A stretch of DNA of 64,000 nt from an uncultured virus (IMG/VR IMGVR_UViG_2706794926_000001) (lineage: Duplodnaviria > Heunggongvirae > Uroviricota > Caudoviricetes). Shown here in pieces: positions 29,462 through 39,133 of this stretch. The notes under the pieces are model-generated. The model had not been told where the DNA came from. It did no database searches and worked only from the letters and a program-made list of their open reading frames with translations. How positions within the stretch are numbered: the stretch's first letter is position 1; the number at the start of each line of letters is the position of its first letter. The stretch lies in the IMG/VR virus record IMGVR_UViG_2706794926_000001, one strand, 5' to 3'. Made by a program: the position numbers and the translations under genes.

Positions 29462-31264
29462 TTAAAAGCTCTCCTTCCCGCTTATATCTAAATTGTAATT
29501 GTAGACTATTGGTGTCTCATCAATAATATCTTCAGGTCTCGAAAGCTCTATTTTTATTATGAAGCTGCTTGGTGAAGTCAGCATATCTACATAAGTAATG
29601 TTTGGATTACGGTTTAATACTGCTGAGTCGGAATTTACAATAATAGTACATGATCCACTTGAAGCCTTATGACGTGGATATATACGATGCCATTCCCCTC
29701 CATTATCAAAGCTTATGGAATATTGAATAAAGTCATTTATATTTCCTGTAGCAGGGACATAATTATTAAAGGAATTAGGAATATAATCTTCTGAATTAAA
29801 TATTAGCTGTTTTATTGGATTTGAAGCAGTAAAGGTCTTAGAAATATAAGTTCCAATTTTTACATATTTTCTATATCTAACATCAACTGCACTTATTCCT
29901 ATGCTGTATCTATTAGCATTTACAGGTTCTCTTTTTATTAAGTTTCCATCAGAACTTATAGTGTTATAAAAAAGCTGTGCTTTTACATAGGCATCATCCA
30001 AAAAGTTTTCCGTATCAGCAGTAGTTGGATAAATTGTGCGTCTATTTCTTTTATCATATTTAAGGCCTAGGAGTTCAATACTTTGAAGTGGAGCTTCAAC
30101 TTCTACATAGCCTTGTAAATCATCGCTATCATATTTTGATACCCTGGTTGGATCAATGTTGATTCCGTATTGCCTGCATACTTGAGTGCTTACAAATTCT
30201 GTTTGAATAAGTTCTAAAGTTACATATTTAACCTTTTGGCTGGAAAATGGGATTACAAGTGTACCAACTAACTCTCTATTTAATTCTATAATTTGAAGTA
30301 ACCCTAGGTCATCTGAAACTATTACCTTATGTAATATTGGATTAGCAGTTTCATTGGTTTTAGGTGCACCTTTTATTACCACGTAATTAGAGTTGTTTTC
30401 TGATTTTAAGGTTAACTTTAAATTTAAATAAAGAGTGTCATCATCTGTTACCCATCTTATTCCCTCAGTATAAGAAAAACCTATCATGGATGTGTCTTCT
30501 TTAATAGAGTCTGAAATATTATACATTTCAAATTCAAACCAGTTTGTAGAGGTATATGAAGAAGCAGTATTATTATTTACATTATTCTCTTTTATAGCAG
30601 ATAACTTAATGTGAGTGTTGTTTTCACCTTTAAAAGTGAACTTATTATTTATAGTTCCAACAGTGTTATATACCTCATGAGTGTTACCTGGAAAGCCATT
30701 TGAGGTATTTAGGATTTCTATGTCTATATTGTTATCTGAAATAGACTGACTGTTAACAATTCCTAGCATTAAGGCATTTGAGGAAGTATCAATAAAAGAA
30801 TTCTGTGCTTTATAGCCTGTACCATCACTAAAATCATCTGAAATAATAATATCTGAGGCTTTTCTTATGGCAGTAATTTTATTTTTTATAAAATCAGTTG
30901 TTGCAGCTATTTGGTCAATTCTATTTACAAGTATATCTATAGAGTCTTCTGTTTTCTGCCTGCTGGAATTTAAAGTTTCATAATTGCTGCTACACCCTTG
31001 AATTACTGTATTCATATCATTTATTGCATTTTCAATCATAGCTGTGTATTCCTCATAAAAAGGAACTGAAGCTGCAGGTATGAATTTCATAGTAGGCTTT
31101 CCAAGCTGTTTATAGAACTCTAAAATGGCATTTTTTAACTCATAAGCATAATCTGTTTGGGTTTTTATCTGTCCATTTTGGTATTTAAATTGTATTTTTG
31201 CTACTTCCTGTTTAAGTCTTGAATCTAAAGCAGAATTATTTTGTCTATACTCATATCCATTCAT
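29462..31264 (-). CDS. Putative structural protein, 600 aa
   Basis: GTYISK, IQYSISFDNG, C-terminal TPIVYNY; paralog-like architecture. Confidence 0.55.
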   Translation of the reverse strand: MNGYEYRQNNSALDSRLKQEVAKIQFKYQNGQIKTQTDYAYELKNAILEFYKQLGKPTMKFIPAASVPFYEEYTAMIENAINDMNTVIQGCSSNYETLNSSRQKTEDSIDILVNRIDQIAATTDFIKNKITAIRKASDIIISDDFSDGTGYKAQNSFIDTSSNALMLGIVNSQSISDNNIDIEILNTSNGFPGNTHEVYNTVGTINNKFTFKGENNTHIKLSAIKENNVNNNTASSYTSTNWFEFEMYNISDSIKEDTSMIGFSYTEGIRWVTDDDTLYLNLKLTLKSENNSNYVVIKGAPKTNETANPILHKVIVSDDLGLLQIIELNRELVGTLVIPFSSQKVKYVTLELIQTEFVSTQVCRQYGINIDPTRVSKYDSDDLQGYVEVEAPLQSIELLGLKYDKRNRRTIYPTTADTENFLDDAYVKAQLFYNTISSDGNLIKREPVNANRYSIGISAVDVRYRKYVKIGTYISKTFTASNPIKQLIFNSEDYIPNSFNNYVPATGNINDFIQYSISFDNGGEWHRIYPRHKASSGSCTIIVNSDSAVLNRNPNITYVDMLTSPSSFIIKIELSRPEDIIDETPIVYNYNLDISGKESF

Positions 31265-31275
31265 TTTATTGCCTC

Positions 31276-33459
31276 CTAATAAGTTTCAATATCATACTTT
31301 ATCTCATTTAAAATTGGAGTAAGCCATCCATCCTTTGAGGAATTTCTTCTAAATATAGCTTTAGTTCTAAATTTAGAAATCAAATGCCTATAAGAAATAT
31401 CTACTATATAATTTTTAGGAATAGGCTTGTTAAAATATATTATGTTCTTATAAACATAGTATTGATAAGTTCCATCTCCTATAAAATTCTTGTAGCTAAT
31501 GCTTTGATTTGCGGCTTCTGTTATATTTTTAACTTCTATTTCTGTACCTGTAGTATTTTTACTAAGATCAGTAAGCTTTACACTACAGTAGTTATCTGTG
31601 TCATCTATATAAGGTTCATCATTAAGTTTAAAAAAGGTCTTATTGTTGCCATCAAAACTTTCAATGGAAGTTGCTAGCTTTTGACTTAAATCTAATATAT
31701 TAGAACCATCAATAGGCTTATAATTTACACTATAAACAGCATCAAAATCGTAATTATTTATTCTAATTGCATAATAGTGACCAGCAGAATCTTTAGAACA
31801 ATCTTTTTCAAAGACTATAGTATTATCCTTTTTTAAATTAATAGGCACACCATTCTTCATAACATTTAAAATTTCATCTGTTTGGAAGCGCAAATAAGCA
31901 TAATTTCCCCCAGTAATTTCTAAAAGCTCTGACTTTATTTCTGTAACTCCTTGAGGAAGTATTGGAAGCCAATCCTCCATAGTTGGATTTTCTGAACCAG
32001 CTATATAATATTCAATGTCAGTAATATAATGATTCAGGCTATCCCTTTGATGAATTTCATCAGTATAAAGCTTAATTGTTCTTATGTTATTGCCAAGATT
32101 AATCATTTTAGATACATAAAAACCTGCTCTGTCATAATGGTTGTTATAGCAGCTTATATAGTAAAAACCATAGTTATAATCATATTTAATGACCTTTCTA
32201 TTATCTTTTTCATCCCCTATTATAATGGCTGCAAGATCCTTGTTTTCATTTTTTACTATCCTATCATTTACATTGTCCCAAATAGTCGAATTCAACTCTC
32301 TATCGCCATAAGTAGGTTGAAATTCAGCTTCTAAAACCTTTGGTTTAACACTATTTTTACTATCAAACCATAAAGAATTTTTGTATACATCCTGAGGATT
32401 GTACAAATAAGTTTTTCTTAAATAATGCTCCTGTACAAATAAAATATAAATTTTCTTACATAGAATATCTGGAAATTTAAAACTCACTTGTGATTTTGTA
32501 AATTTATCTTGAAGCATTTTTTGCTCATTCTCAGGCCATACTAATTCTGTAAGTGGCTCGTCTTCATCATCTGTTTGCTTATATCTTACAGCAACTATTC
32601 TAATTGGATAATTACAGCAAGGATTTAATACTAATTCATTTACTGTATTTACACTTTCAAAGTTAATTTCAAGCTCGCATACAGCCCCATTGTCAATGTC
32701 ATAGTAATAACCATCTCCAGCAAAAAGTACACTAGGTTTTTTGTCTATAAAGCTTACCTCTAATTTACTATCTGAAAGGATACTTGTATTCCAAAAGTCA
32801 GTTTCACTGTCATCTAAGCAGTTTTCAATATTAGTTTCGTCATTTTTTAAATTAGTAAACCCTCTGCCAAGCTGGAAAAAAGGTGTAATATACGCTGTTT
32901 CAACCTTGTCATCATAACGCAAGGAATTATCCTGCCTTAATAAGGGCAAGGTAAGCCTATGTTCTTTATTTTCATAATTGCAGTAACAATAGCTTGGAAA
33001 GTATCCATCATACCTTGTTTTTTGTAGACTCCTTGTCGTATCAAAACTATCTGCTGTTCTAAATCTTTCAATGTGATAGGCAGGCATATAGATACTTGTT
33101 AAGGAGTGTCTGCAAGCTTCTAAAGCATCGCTGATTTCATTTATACGTGAATTCACATAGTTTATATAGGAAGAGTAACTTACATTGTATTTTGATAAAT
33201 CTTCCCCTATATTATTTAGCACCCCATAAGTTGTAAGAAGATCAATATATAATTTATTCATTACATTATTTATTGAATCTGCATCAATTGTTATATCTCC
33301 AGAAGGTGCATTTGATATTAAAGTATTGGCCTTTATTTTGGAAGTTAAAGCCTGTTTTAGTGCTTCTTTTTCATTTTCAGTTCTTGCATTACTGCTTAAA
33401 GTGTCTACTACATTATCGATAATGCTATTTTTTATGGTATCTAAATTTAAAAAAGTCAA
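31276..33459 (-). CDS. Putative structural protein, 727 aa
   Basis: GFYVSK, IEYYI, C-terminal TPILNEI; TTG start after AAGGAG. Confidence 0.55.
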   Translation of the reverse strand: MTFLNLDTIKNSIIDNVVDTLSSNARTENEKEALKQALTSKIKANTLISNAPSGDITIDADSINNVMNKLYIDLLTTYGVLNNIGEDLSKYNVSYSSYINYVNSRINEISDALEACRHSLTSIYMPAYHIERFRTADSFDTTRSLQKTRYDGYFPSYCYCNYENKEHRLTLPLLRQDNSLRYDDKVETAYITPFFQLGRGFTNLKNDETNIENCLDDSETDFWNTSILSDSKLEVSFIDKKPSVLFAGDGYYYDIDNGAVCELEINFESVNTVNELVLNPCCNYPIRIVAVRYKQTDDEDEPLTELVWPENEQKMLQDKFTKSQVSFKFPDILCKKIYILFVQEHYLRKTYLYNPQDVYKNSLWFDSKNSVKPKVLEAEFQPTYGDRELNSTIWDNVNDRIVKNENKDLAAIIIGDEKDNRKVIKYDYNYGFYYISCYNNHYDRAGFYVSKMINLGNNIRTIKLYTDEIHQRDSLNHYITDIEYYIAGSENPTMEDWLPILPQGVTEIKSELLEITGGNYAYLRFQTDEILNVMKNGVPINLKKDNTIVFEKDCSKDSAGHYYAIRINNYDFDAVYSVNYKPIDGSNILDLSQKLATSIESFDGNNKTFFKLNDEPYIDDTDNYCSVKLTDLSKNTTGTEIEVKNITEAANQSISYKNFIGDGTYQYYVYKNIIYFNKPIPKNYIVDISYRHLISKFRTKAIFRRNSSKDGWLTPILNEIKYDIETY

Positions 33460-33483
33460 AATAATTCTCCTTTCGAATAATAA

Positions 33484-33511
33484 AAGGCAGCTAGAGGTTT
33501 TCTAGCTGCCT
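33484..33511 (-). terminator. Intrinsic terminator after the endolysin
   Basis: AAGGCAGCTAGA...TCTAGCTGCCTT; T-rich tail on the - strand. Confidence 0.7.
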
Positions 33512-33591
33512 TGTAGCTACTAGATAGCTACTTCTCTTTATATTATTTTAACATGTCGAATTCGACTATGCAATAAATATTAAATATGAAT

Positions 33592-34710
33592 TTATTTTTC
33601 TAAAGTATTTTTAGTTGCAACTCCACTTGAATCTATTATGTAATCATAGATTACAGTATCATGTGCCATTTCACCTGTGCTGTATAATAAATAATCTTTT
33701 CCATCTAAATTAATCCAGCCAGTTCTCATTTCACCTTTGACATAGGAAGTATTAGTAGTAGAATCTGTAAAATTATCTACTTGTAAGTAGTACCATTTAT
33801 CATTGATTTTTTGCCAGCCTGTCTGCATAGCTCCAGAGTCATCAAAATAGAACCATCTTTTATAATTACTATCAAATACCCAGCCGGTTTTCATAGCTCC
33901 ATCATTGCTTCCACCTAAGTAATACCAGTTACCATCTTTTTGCTGCCAAGAATAAAGCATATATCCATTTTCATTAAACAAAAACCAAGCAACATTATCA
34001 GCATCATTATTTTTTATAGGAAGCTTAGCCCAAGAATTTTTAGGATAAGTTCCATCTTCATATTCAAACCACCAGCCTTTAGAATCAAGCTTCCAAGTTC
34101 CTTTAGAAGTTTGAAATTCTAAGCTTATTACACCATCTGTAAAGACATTTAAATCTCCAGAAAAAACACCCAAAGTACCATTTTCAGTATACTGATGTCC
34201 AACAATTTCAATACCAGCTGAAGCTAATGCATCATTTGCAACACTATCTAAATCTTCACGATTATTGTAATTGGCCATCCATGCTTTCCTGAACATGCTT
34301 AAAGACGTATTATTTAAGCTTGATAAAAAGCCTGTATAAGTATAAAGTAATAATTCCTTGTTTGAATACATTGAAAAAGCAGCCACAAATCTTTGAACGT
34401 AATCATTAAGATTATCAAAATTTGTTTCTACATCTAAGCAAGGCATAAGTTCAAATTCGTAGCCTTGAATTTTTTCAGCAAAGTTTTTAGCTTGGTCTTC
34501 AGGATCGCTTGTACTTACTAGGAAATGATAAGCTCCTGATTTAGCTCCTACAGCCTTACACTGATTATAAAATCCATCCATATAAGAGTCTTTAAAAGTT
34601 CTTCCTTCTGTAGCCTTTAAGTAAATATACTCAGCCCCGCTATTATAGGCTCCATTTATATCTACATTTCCATTATTATTTGAAATATCTATTCCAGTAA
34701 TTAATGACAT
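33592..34710 (-). CDS. GH25 muramidase endolysin with C-terminal cell-wall-binding repeats
   Basis: GIDISNNNG, YLKATEG, GAYHF, LDVE, GHQYT; GW....WYY repeats. Confidence 0.92.
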   Translation of the reverse strand: MSLITGIDISNNNGNVDINGAYNSGAEYIYLKATEGRTFKDSYMDGFYNQCKAVGAKSGAYHFLVSTSDPEDQAKNFAEKIQGYEFELMPCLDVETNFDNLNDYVQRFVAAFSMYSNKELLLYTYTGFLSSLNNTSLSMFRKAWMANYNNREDLDSVANDALASAGIEIVGHQYTENGTLGVFSGDLNVFTDGVISLEFQTSKGTWKLDSKGWWFEYEDGTYPKNSWAKLPIKNNDADNVAWFLFNENGYMLYSWQQKDGNWYYLGGSNDGAMKTGWVFDSNYKRWFYFDDSGAMQTGWQKINDKWYYLQVDNFTDSTTNTSYVKGEMRTGWINLDGKDYLLYSTGEMAHDTVIYDYIIDSSGVATKNTLEK

Positions 34711-34736
34711 ATAAAAATCCTCCCTTGATTTTATTG

Positions 34737-35225
34737 CTAAGCTTGTACAGATTCAGATTCAGTTTGAATTTTTGTTCCGTCGATTTCAGCAGCTGCAGCT
34801 GATTTATCGTCTTCTTGTAATTTATCAGCTTGAGTTTGTGAATTAGCAGTTGTTGTTTTAACTGAATTTTCATTTCCAGCAATTACTTGTCTTATATAAT
34901 CTATTTCCCCTTGAGTAAGTGAAGGAAACTTTTGCAAAAGAAGATTATCAAAATAATCAGCCTTATTTTCAAATTCCTTTGTAATATCAGCGCCTATGCG
35001 GAAATTTTCATCTACAAGTTTCCAAATATCACAAGCTTTTTTAAATTGATCCTCATATTGACTAGACTCAATTTGAAGTAAAACATATTGAAAAAGATTA
35101 TCTAATAGATCTTTTACATAAGGTCTAACTTTTGCAATTAAAGTACCTAGAGCTGCAATAACAACTGTTGTTATGATTTCACCAAAGTTAATGTTTGAAA
35201 TAGCATTATTAATTATATCTAACAT
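34737..35225 (-). CDS. Probable holin
   Basis: Single N-terminal hydrophobic segment, helical body, acidic tail; immediately upstream of the endolysin. Confidence 0.65.
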   Translation of the reverse strand: MLDIINNAISNINFGEIITTVVIAALGTLIAKVRPYVKDLLDNLFQYVLLQIESSQYEDQFKKACDIWKLVDENFRIGADITKEFENKADYFDNLLLQKFPSLTQGEIDYIRQVIAGNENSVKTTTANSQTQADKLQEDDKSAAAAEIDGTKIQTESESVQA

Positions 35226-35376
35226 ATTATCTCTTCTTTCTAAAATATTTTATGCGTGGCTTAGCCACTATTAGCTTTAAGACCAATAATAAGCAGCTGG
35301 ATAATTCCAACTGCTTATTTTACACTCTTGCCTTAACATTGTTAATGTTGTTTTAATTTCCAGCTTTGTTAGAATC

Positions 35377-35727
35377 TTAACCGTTAGTGCTGCTAGAATC
35401 AGTTGTACTAGTAGTAGCAGTAGGATCAGTTGTAACTCCACCAGTAGTATTACCAGCTTCATTTGAATGAACATGGGCATCAAATTTTGCTTGTAATGCA
35501 TCTAATCCCTTTTGTAAAGCTGCTACATTACCTGAAATATCAGATAGAGCTTTAATTTGATCTTCTGTTAAGTTAAGACCAGTAAACGCCTTTGTTAGAT
35601 CTGCTACTGCATTATCAAGAGTAACAATTCCAGCTTCAATATGGTTTAAATTTTCAGCATTAAGCTTTGTTCCAGGTATGTCTTTAGATTTATCTCTATC
35701 AACCCATTTAAGTGCTTGATATGACAT
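35377..35727 (-). CDS. Small fibre-associated phage protein
   Basis: W.D......GTKLNAENLNHIEAGI motif common at fibre N-termini; coiled coil; HVH. Confidence 0.6.
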   Translation of the reverse strand: MSYQALKWVDRDKSKDIPGTKLNAENLNHIEAGIVTLDNAVADLTKAFTGLNLTEDQIKALSDISGNVAALQKGLDALQAKFDAHVHSNEAGNTTGGVTTDPTATTSTTDSSSTNG

Positions 35728-35779
35728 AAAATCACCTCTTTGATTATAAAATTAGATTCCGTTTATATTCAGCATGGTT

Positions 35780-36154
35780 TTATGCATCCTCAGAATCTAT
35801 GTCTCCGCAATAACTTGCACCACATTCTGCATTTCCACAATATGCTCTAGGTGCGTCAGAATAATCAGAAAGTGAGTCCAAAATTTCTTGGAGAGTTTTT
35901 TCACCATTGTCTGTTTCGACTATGATATTCGACGCTTTAATGTTAATCAAATCGCCTTCTGTACATAATATACTGCCATTATATAATAGTTTGTCATTAC
36001 TATTTTTAGAAAGATTTTTTATTATATCCTTCTTATCATATATATCTATTAACTGCTCTTTGGTATAAAATCTAGTGATTAATGATTTGCTAAAACTTTT
36101 AAGATATTTTTCTACTACATTAACTATTGCATCTTTTATATTTATTTGAGCCAT
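35780..36154 (-). CDS. Short fibre-family protein with the shared N-terminal motif only
   Basis: MAQINIKDAIVNVVEKYLKSFSKSLITRFYTK is paralogous to the N-termini of the three upstream genes; ATG at 36154 follows GAGGTG. Confidence 0.7.
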   Translation of the reverse strand: MAQINIKDAIVNVVEKYLKSFSKSLITRFYTKEQLIDIYDKKDIIKNLSKNSNDKLLYNGSILCTEGDLINIKASNIIVETDNGEKTLQEILDSLSDYSDAPRAYCGNAECGASYCGDIDSEDA

Positions 36155-36155
36155 T

Positions 36156-37670
36156 TTACATTCCCACCTCATTCCATATCTCTGCAACTCCATTATCAGC
36201 TTCGGCATCTGTAATATTAAAAGCTTCTACATTCATAGAACCAGATTTTACCCCTACTATTTTGCTTATCCTAGCGTTATATGAAGTCCAAGCAGAACCA
36301 ATTGTAGAATCAATATAAGTAAGCTTTTTTTCTCCAATTGTGAATCTGATATTATAATAACCATTCACATATTGAAAATAACTAAGTGTTTCAGTGGGAC
36401 TTATTTCAGAAACATCAATTACAGTCATGCTTTTATCCAAACCATTGTTTATATCTCCATATACATATAAAAACTGATAGTTGTTTATATAATCACTTAA
36501 GACATAATCTCCAACGCTATTTGCTGTACCTTCAAATAAAGTCTTGGTATCAAAGCCAGCATATTGTGGTGAATAATTCATAAAATAAGTTGGTTCAAAC
36601 TTTATACAAAATAATACACCAATTTGTTTTCCATGTGTGGTGTTAGTTGTATCTGTTCTAGTAACCAATGATGAATCAAGATCAAATCCTCCACCAGATG
36701 AACCAAAACCACCACTCCCCCAAGTGTAAGTTCCAGTATTCTTCTTTGTAACTGCACCTGAAGCACTTCCATCACTTTTAAGTATACCAACATAACTACC
36801 AGTTACTTTTTGCATTTGGTCATCTTTGAATTGACCGGCTGTATAAACATCATGTGAAGCAATAGTCTTTGTTGTATTTTGTTCAGCTCCCACTGGAACA
36901 AGTTCTCTCATATCTGGTACAGCCAATGTCGTTACGCCATCACCACCAAAGTAATTTATACTTCCAAATTCGTTTAAAAAATAATTAGCAAGTTTTTGAT
37001 AATCAACTATATTATATACGCTACCATCACAAGCTAGATAATGTGGCGGAGCCTTTAATCCCATAACTGACATTATGTGACCTACTGGGGTATCCTGTAT
37101 TCCAGATTCTTTATCTATTTGCTGTGCTGGATCTATTAATACTGTTCTACCTATTTCTATTACTTCCAGGAAAGCACCTATGCCTACAGCACTACTTGAG
37201 TTTGTTGTTCTGTCAACTCTTGCAGCTATTTGCATATCTGTATCACAATGTATAACTGCTGTACAAGTTGTATTCCAAACAGAATCGCCTCTAGCACCTG
37301 TTGCAACTTCTTTTGAATTTGTTATATCATAAAAAAACTTCCAAGCACCACTACTTTCATGCAATGAATATTTAAGAGAATATGTCTTTCCTTTTTTTAA
37401 AGTAACAATTCCGTTTTTTATAGACAATCCTTTAGCATCACCAGCTTGAACGAAAGGTATATTTTGTCCTACCGTAAATGAGGCATCAGCTGAAAGTTTA
37501 CAATATATATAATCTAGATCTTCTCCTATAATACTTCTAGTGTCTATATTAGCCATTTTTTTATCTATTTCAGCTTTATTATAGAATCTTGAAACTAATG
37601 ATTTACTAAAATTAGTTAAATATTTTTTAACTACATTTGTGATATTAGTATTTATATCTATTCTGTTCAT
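36156..37670 (-). CDS. Tail fibre protein with phage tail-collar domain
   Basis: TPVGHIM......PPHYLACDGS.Y....Y..L...GGDGVTTLAVPDMR; ATG at 37670. Confidence 0.8.
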   Translation of the reverse strand: MNRIDINTNITNVVKKYLTNFSKSLVSRFYNKAEIDKKMANIDTRSIIGEDLDYIYCKLSADASFTVGQNIPFVQAGDAKGLSIKNGIVTLKKGKTYSLKYSLHESSGAWKFFYDITNSKEVATGARGDSVWNTTCTAVIHCDTDMQIAARVDRTTNSSSAVGIGAFLEVIEIGRTVLIDPAQQIDKESGIQDTPVGHIMSVMGLKAPPHYLACDGSVYNIVDYQKLANYFLNEFGSINYFGGDGVTTLAVPDMRELVPVGAEQNTTKTIASHDVYTAGQFKDDQMQKVTGSYVGILKSDGSASGAVTKKNTGTYTWGSGGFGSSGGGFDLDSSLVTRTDTTNTTHGKQIGVLFCIKFEPTYFMNYSPQYAGFDTKTLFEGTANSVGDYVLSDYINNYQFLYVYGDINNGLDKSMTVIDVSEISPTETLSYFQYVNGYYNIRFTIGEKKLTYIDSTIGSAWTSYNARISKIVGVKSGSMNVEAFNITDAEADNGVAEIWNEVGM

Positions 37671-39133
37671 TATAATCCCACCCCACTCCATATTGATGTA
37701 ATATCAGAATCTACTGCTGAATCTGTTAACGCTGCATCTGGTGCTGTTGTTATTATGTCTTGGTAAGGATTATCGTAATCAAAGCCTGTGGCTGTTATTT
37801 TAAATACTCTATTTGAAGTATAATATTTATTTGATAGACTTACAGTAAATGTTGTATTTGTTTTAAATATAACATCAGCTTTGTGAAATGCCCCACTACT
37901 TTCCCAATAAAATATTGAGTAAACTTTCCCTAATACTGGCTTATATATTTTTTCTGATATGCTGTTGGTATTAGCACCATTATATAAAGCGTCAGCTTCT
38001 ATTAATACATAATCAAAATTATCTAAGCTATCAGTTAAATTATATACAGTTCCAGCAGTATTTGCTGAACCATCAAACAATACACTTGTCTTTACACTAT
38101 CTTTAAAGTAATTAAAGTAATAAGGCTGAGCCATTTCTTTTATTTTGAATGAACATAAATCTTTACTTATAGCAGTTATTCCAGCAGATGAATTTATTCT
38201 AAGGGACACATAAATATCTTTTTGAGGGTTAAAGATTGTACTTAAGTAAGGCTGAGAAATATATCCAGCACCATAGGTTGTAGAGACTCCTTCACATATT
38301 CTCAAATAACAACCATCTGTTTCGTTATATAAACCGAATAAAATATATCCAGTAGATGTACATGGCGCATAAATTGATGCTTCTATTTCATATATCTTTC
38401 CAGATTTTAAAAGAACTTTATTGTTATTTATTTGCATATTTCCTATATTCAATTTATCAAATGTTATTATAGATCCAGATGAATTTGATGACTGATCAGC
38501 TGACATTAAGAAATCCCCATATTCAAAGTTTATATTCTTACCATTTTCACAAGGATCTATTATTGTATTTCTTCCAATCTCTTGTATTGTAAGCTCACAA
38601 TAATCTGTAAATACCATAGTTCCTTCCCTATAACTTACCATAACTGTAATATAGATATCTTTGGTAACTTCTATTGAATAAGAACCACTTCCACTTATAG
38701 TTGACCCACTTATAATTGTTTTTCCAACACTAACTGAATCTGTAACATTAAAGAATTGAAAGTCAAATCGCGCATTGCTTGTTGCAAAAAAATTAAGGTT
38801 ATAGCTTTTTCCTTTTTCCAATTTAATATAACCATTTGAATCCACTATAAGATTGCCACTTTTAATTTTAAAGGGTATCTTATAATTTGCAGATAGCGTA
38901 GGATTGACCCCTGTTTTTGATGTATCTATATCAAAAGATCCAAAACTTAATTTTGATCCAATAATGCTTCTTGTATTTAAATTATCTATATCTGTTTGAA
39001 TTGCTGGGATAGGTAATATCATAGTATCTACTTGCTTTTTTGTGTAAAATTTAGAAGCTAATGATTTACCAAAACTGACTAGATATCTTTTTATTATTTT
39101 AGTAACAGCATCTTCAAAATTAATTTTTGCCAT
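37670..39133 (-). CDS. Tail fibre or receptor-binding paralog
   Basis: N-terminal 51 aa identical to the upstream gene; two beta-sandwich-like repeats and an LF.G...LTDSLDNFDYVLIE domain. Confidence 0.7.
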   Translation of the reverse strand: MAKINFEDAVTKIIKRYLVSFGKSLASKFYTKKQVDTMILPIPAIQTDIDNLNTRSIIGSKLSFGSFDIDTSKTGVNPTLSANYKIPFKIKSGNLIVDSNGYIKLEKGKSYNLNFFATSNARFDFQFFNVTDSVSVGKTIISGSTISGSGSYSIEVTKDIYITVMVSYREGTMVFTDYCELTIQEIGRNTIIDPCENGKNINFEYGDFLMSADQSSNSSGSIITFDKLNIGNMQINNNKVLLKSGKIYEIEASIYAPCTSTGYILFGLYNETDGCYLRICEGVSTTYGAGYISQPYLSTIFNPQKDIYVSLRINSSAGITAISKDLCSFKIKEMAQPYYFNYFKDSVKTSVLFDGSANTAGTVYNLTDSLDNFDYVLIEADALYNGANTNSISEKIYKPVLGKVYSIFYWESSGAFHKADVIFKTNTTFTVSLSNKYYTSNRVFKITATGFDYDNPYQDIITTAPDAALTDSAVDSDITSIWSGVGL

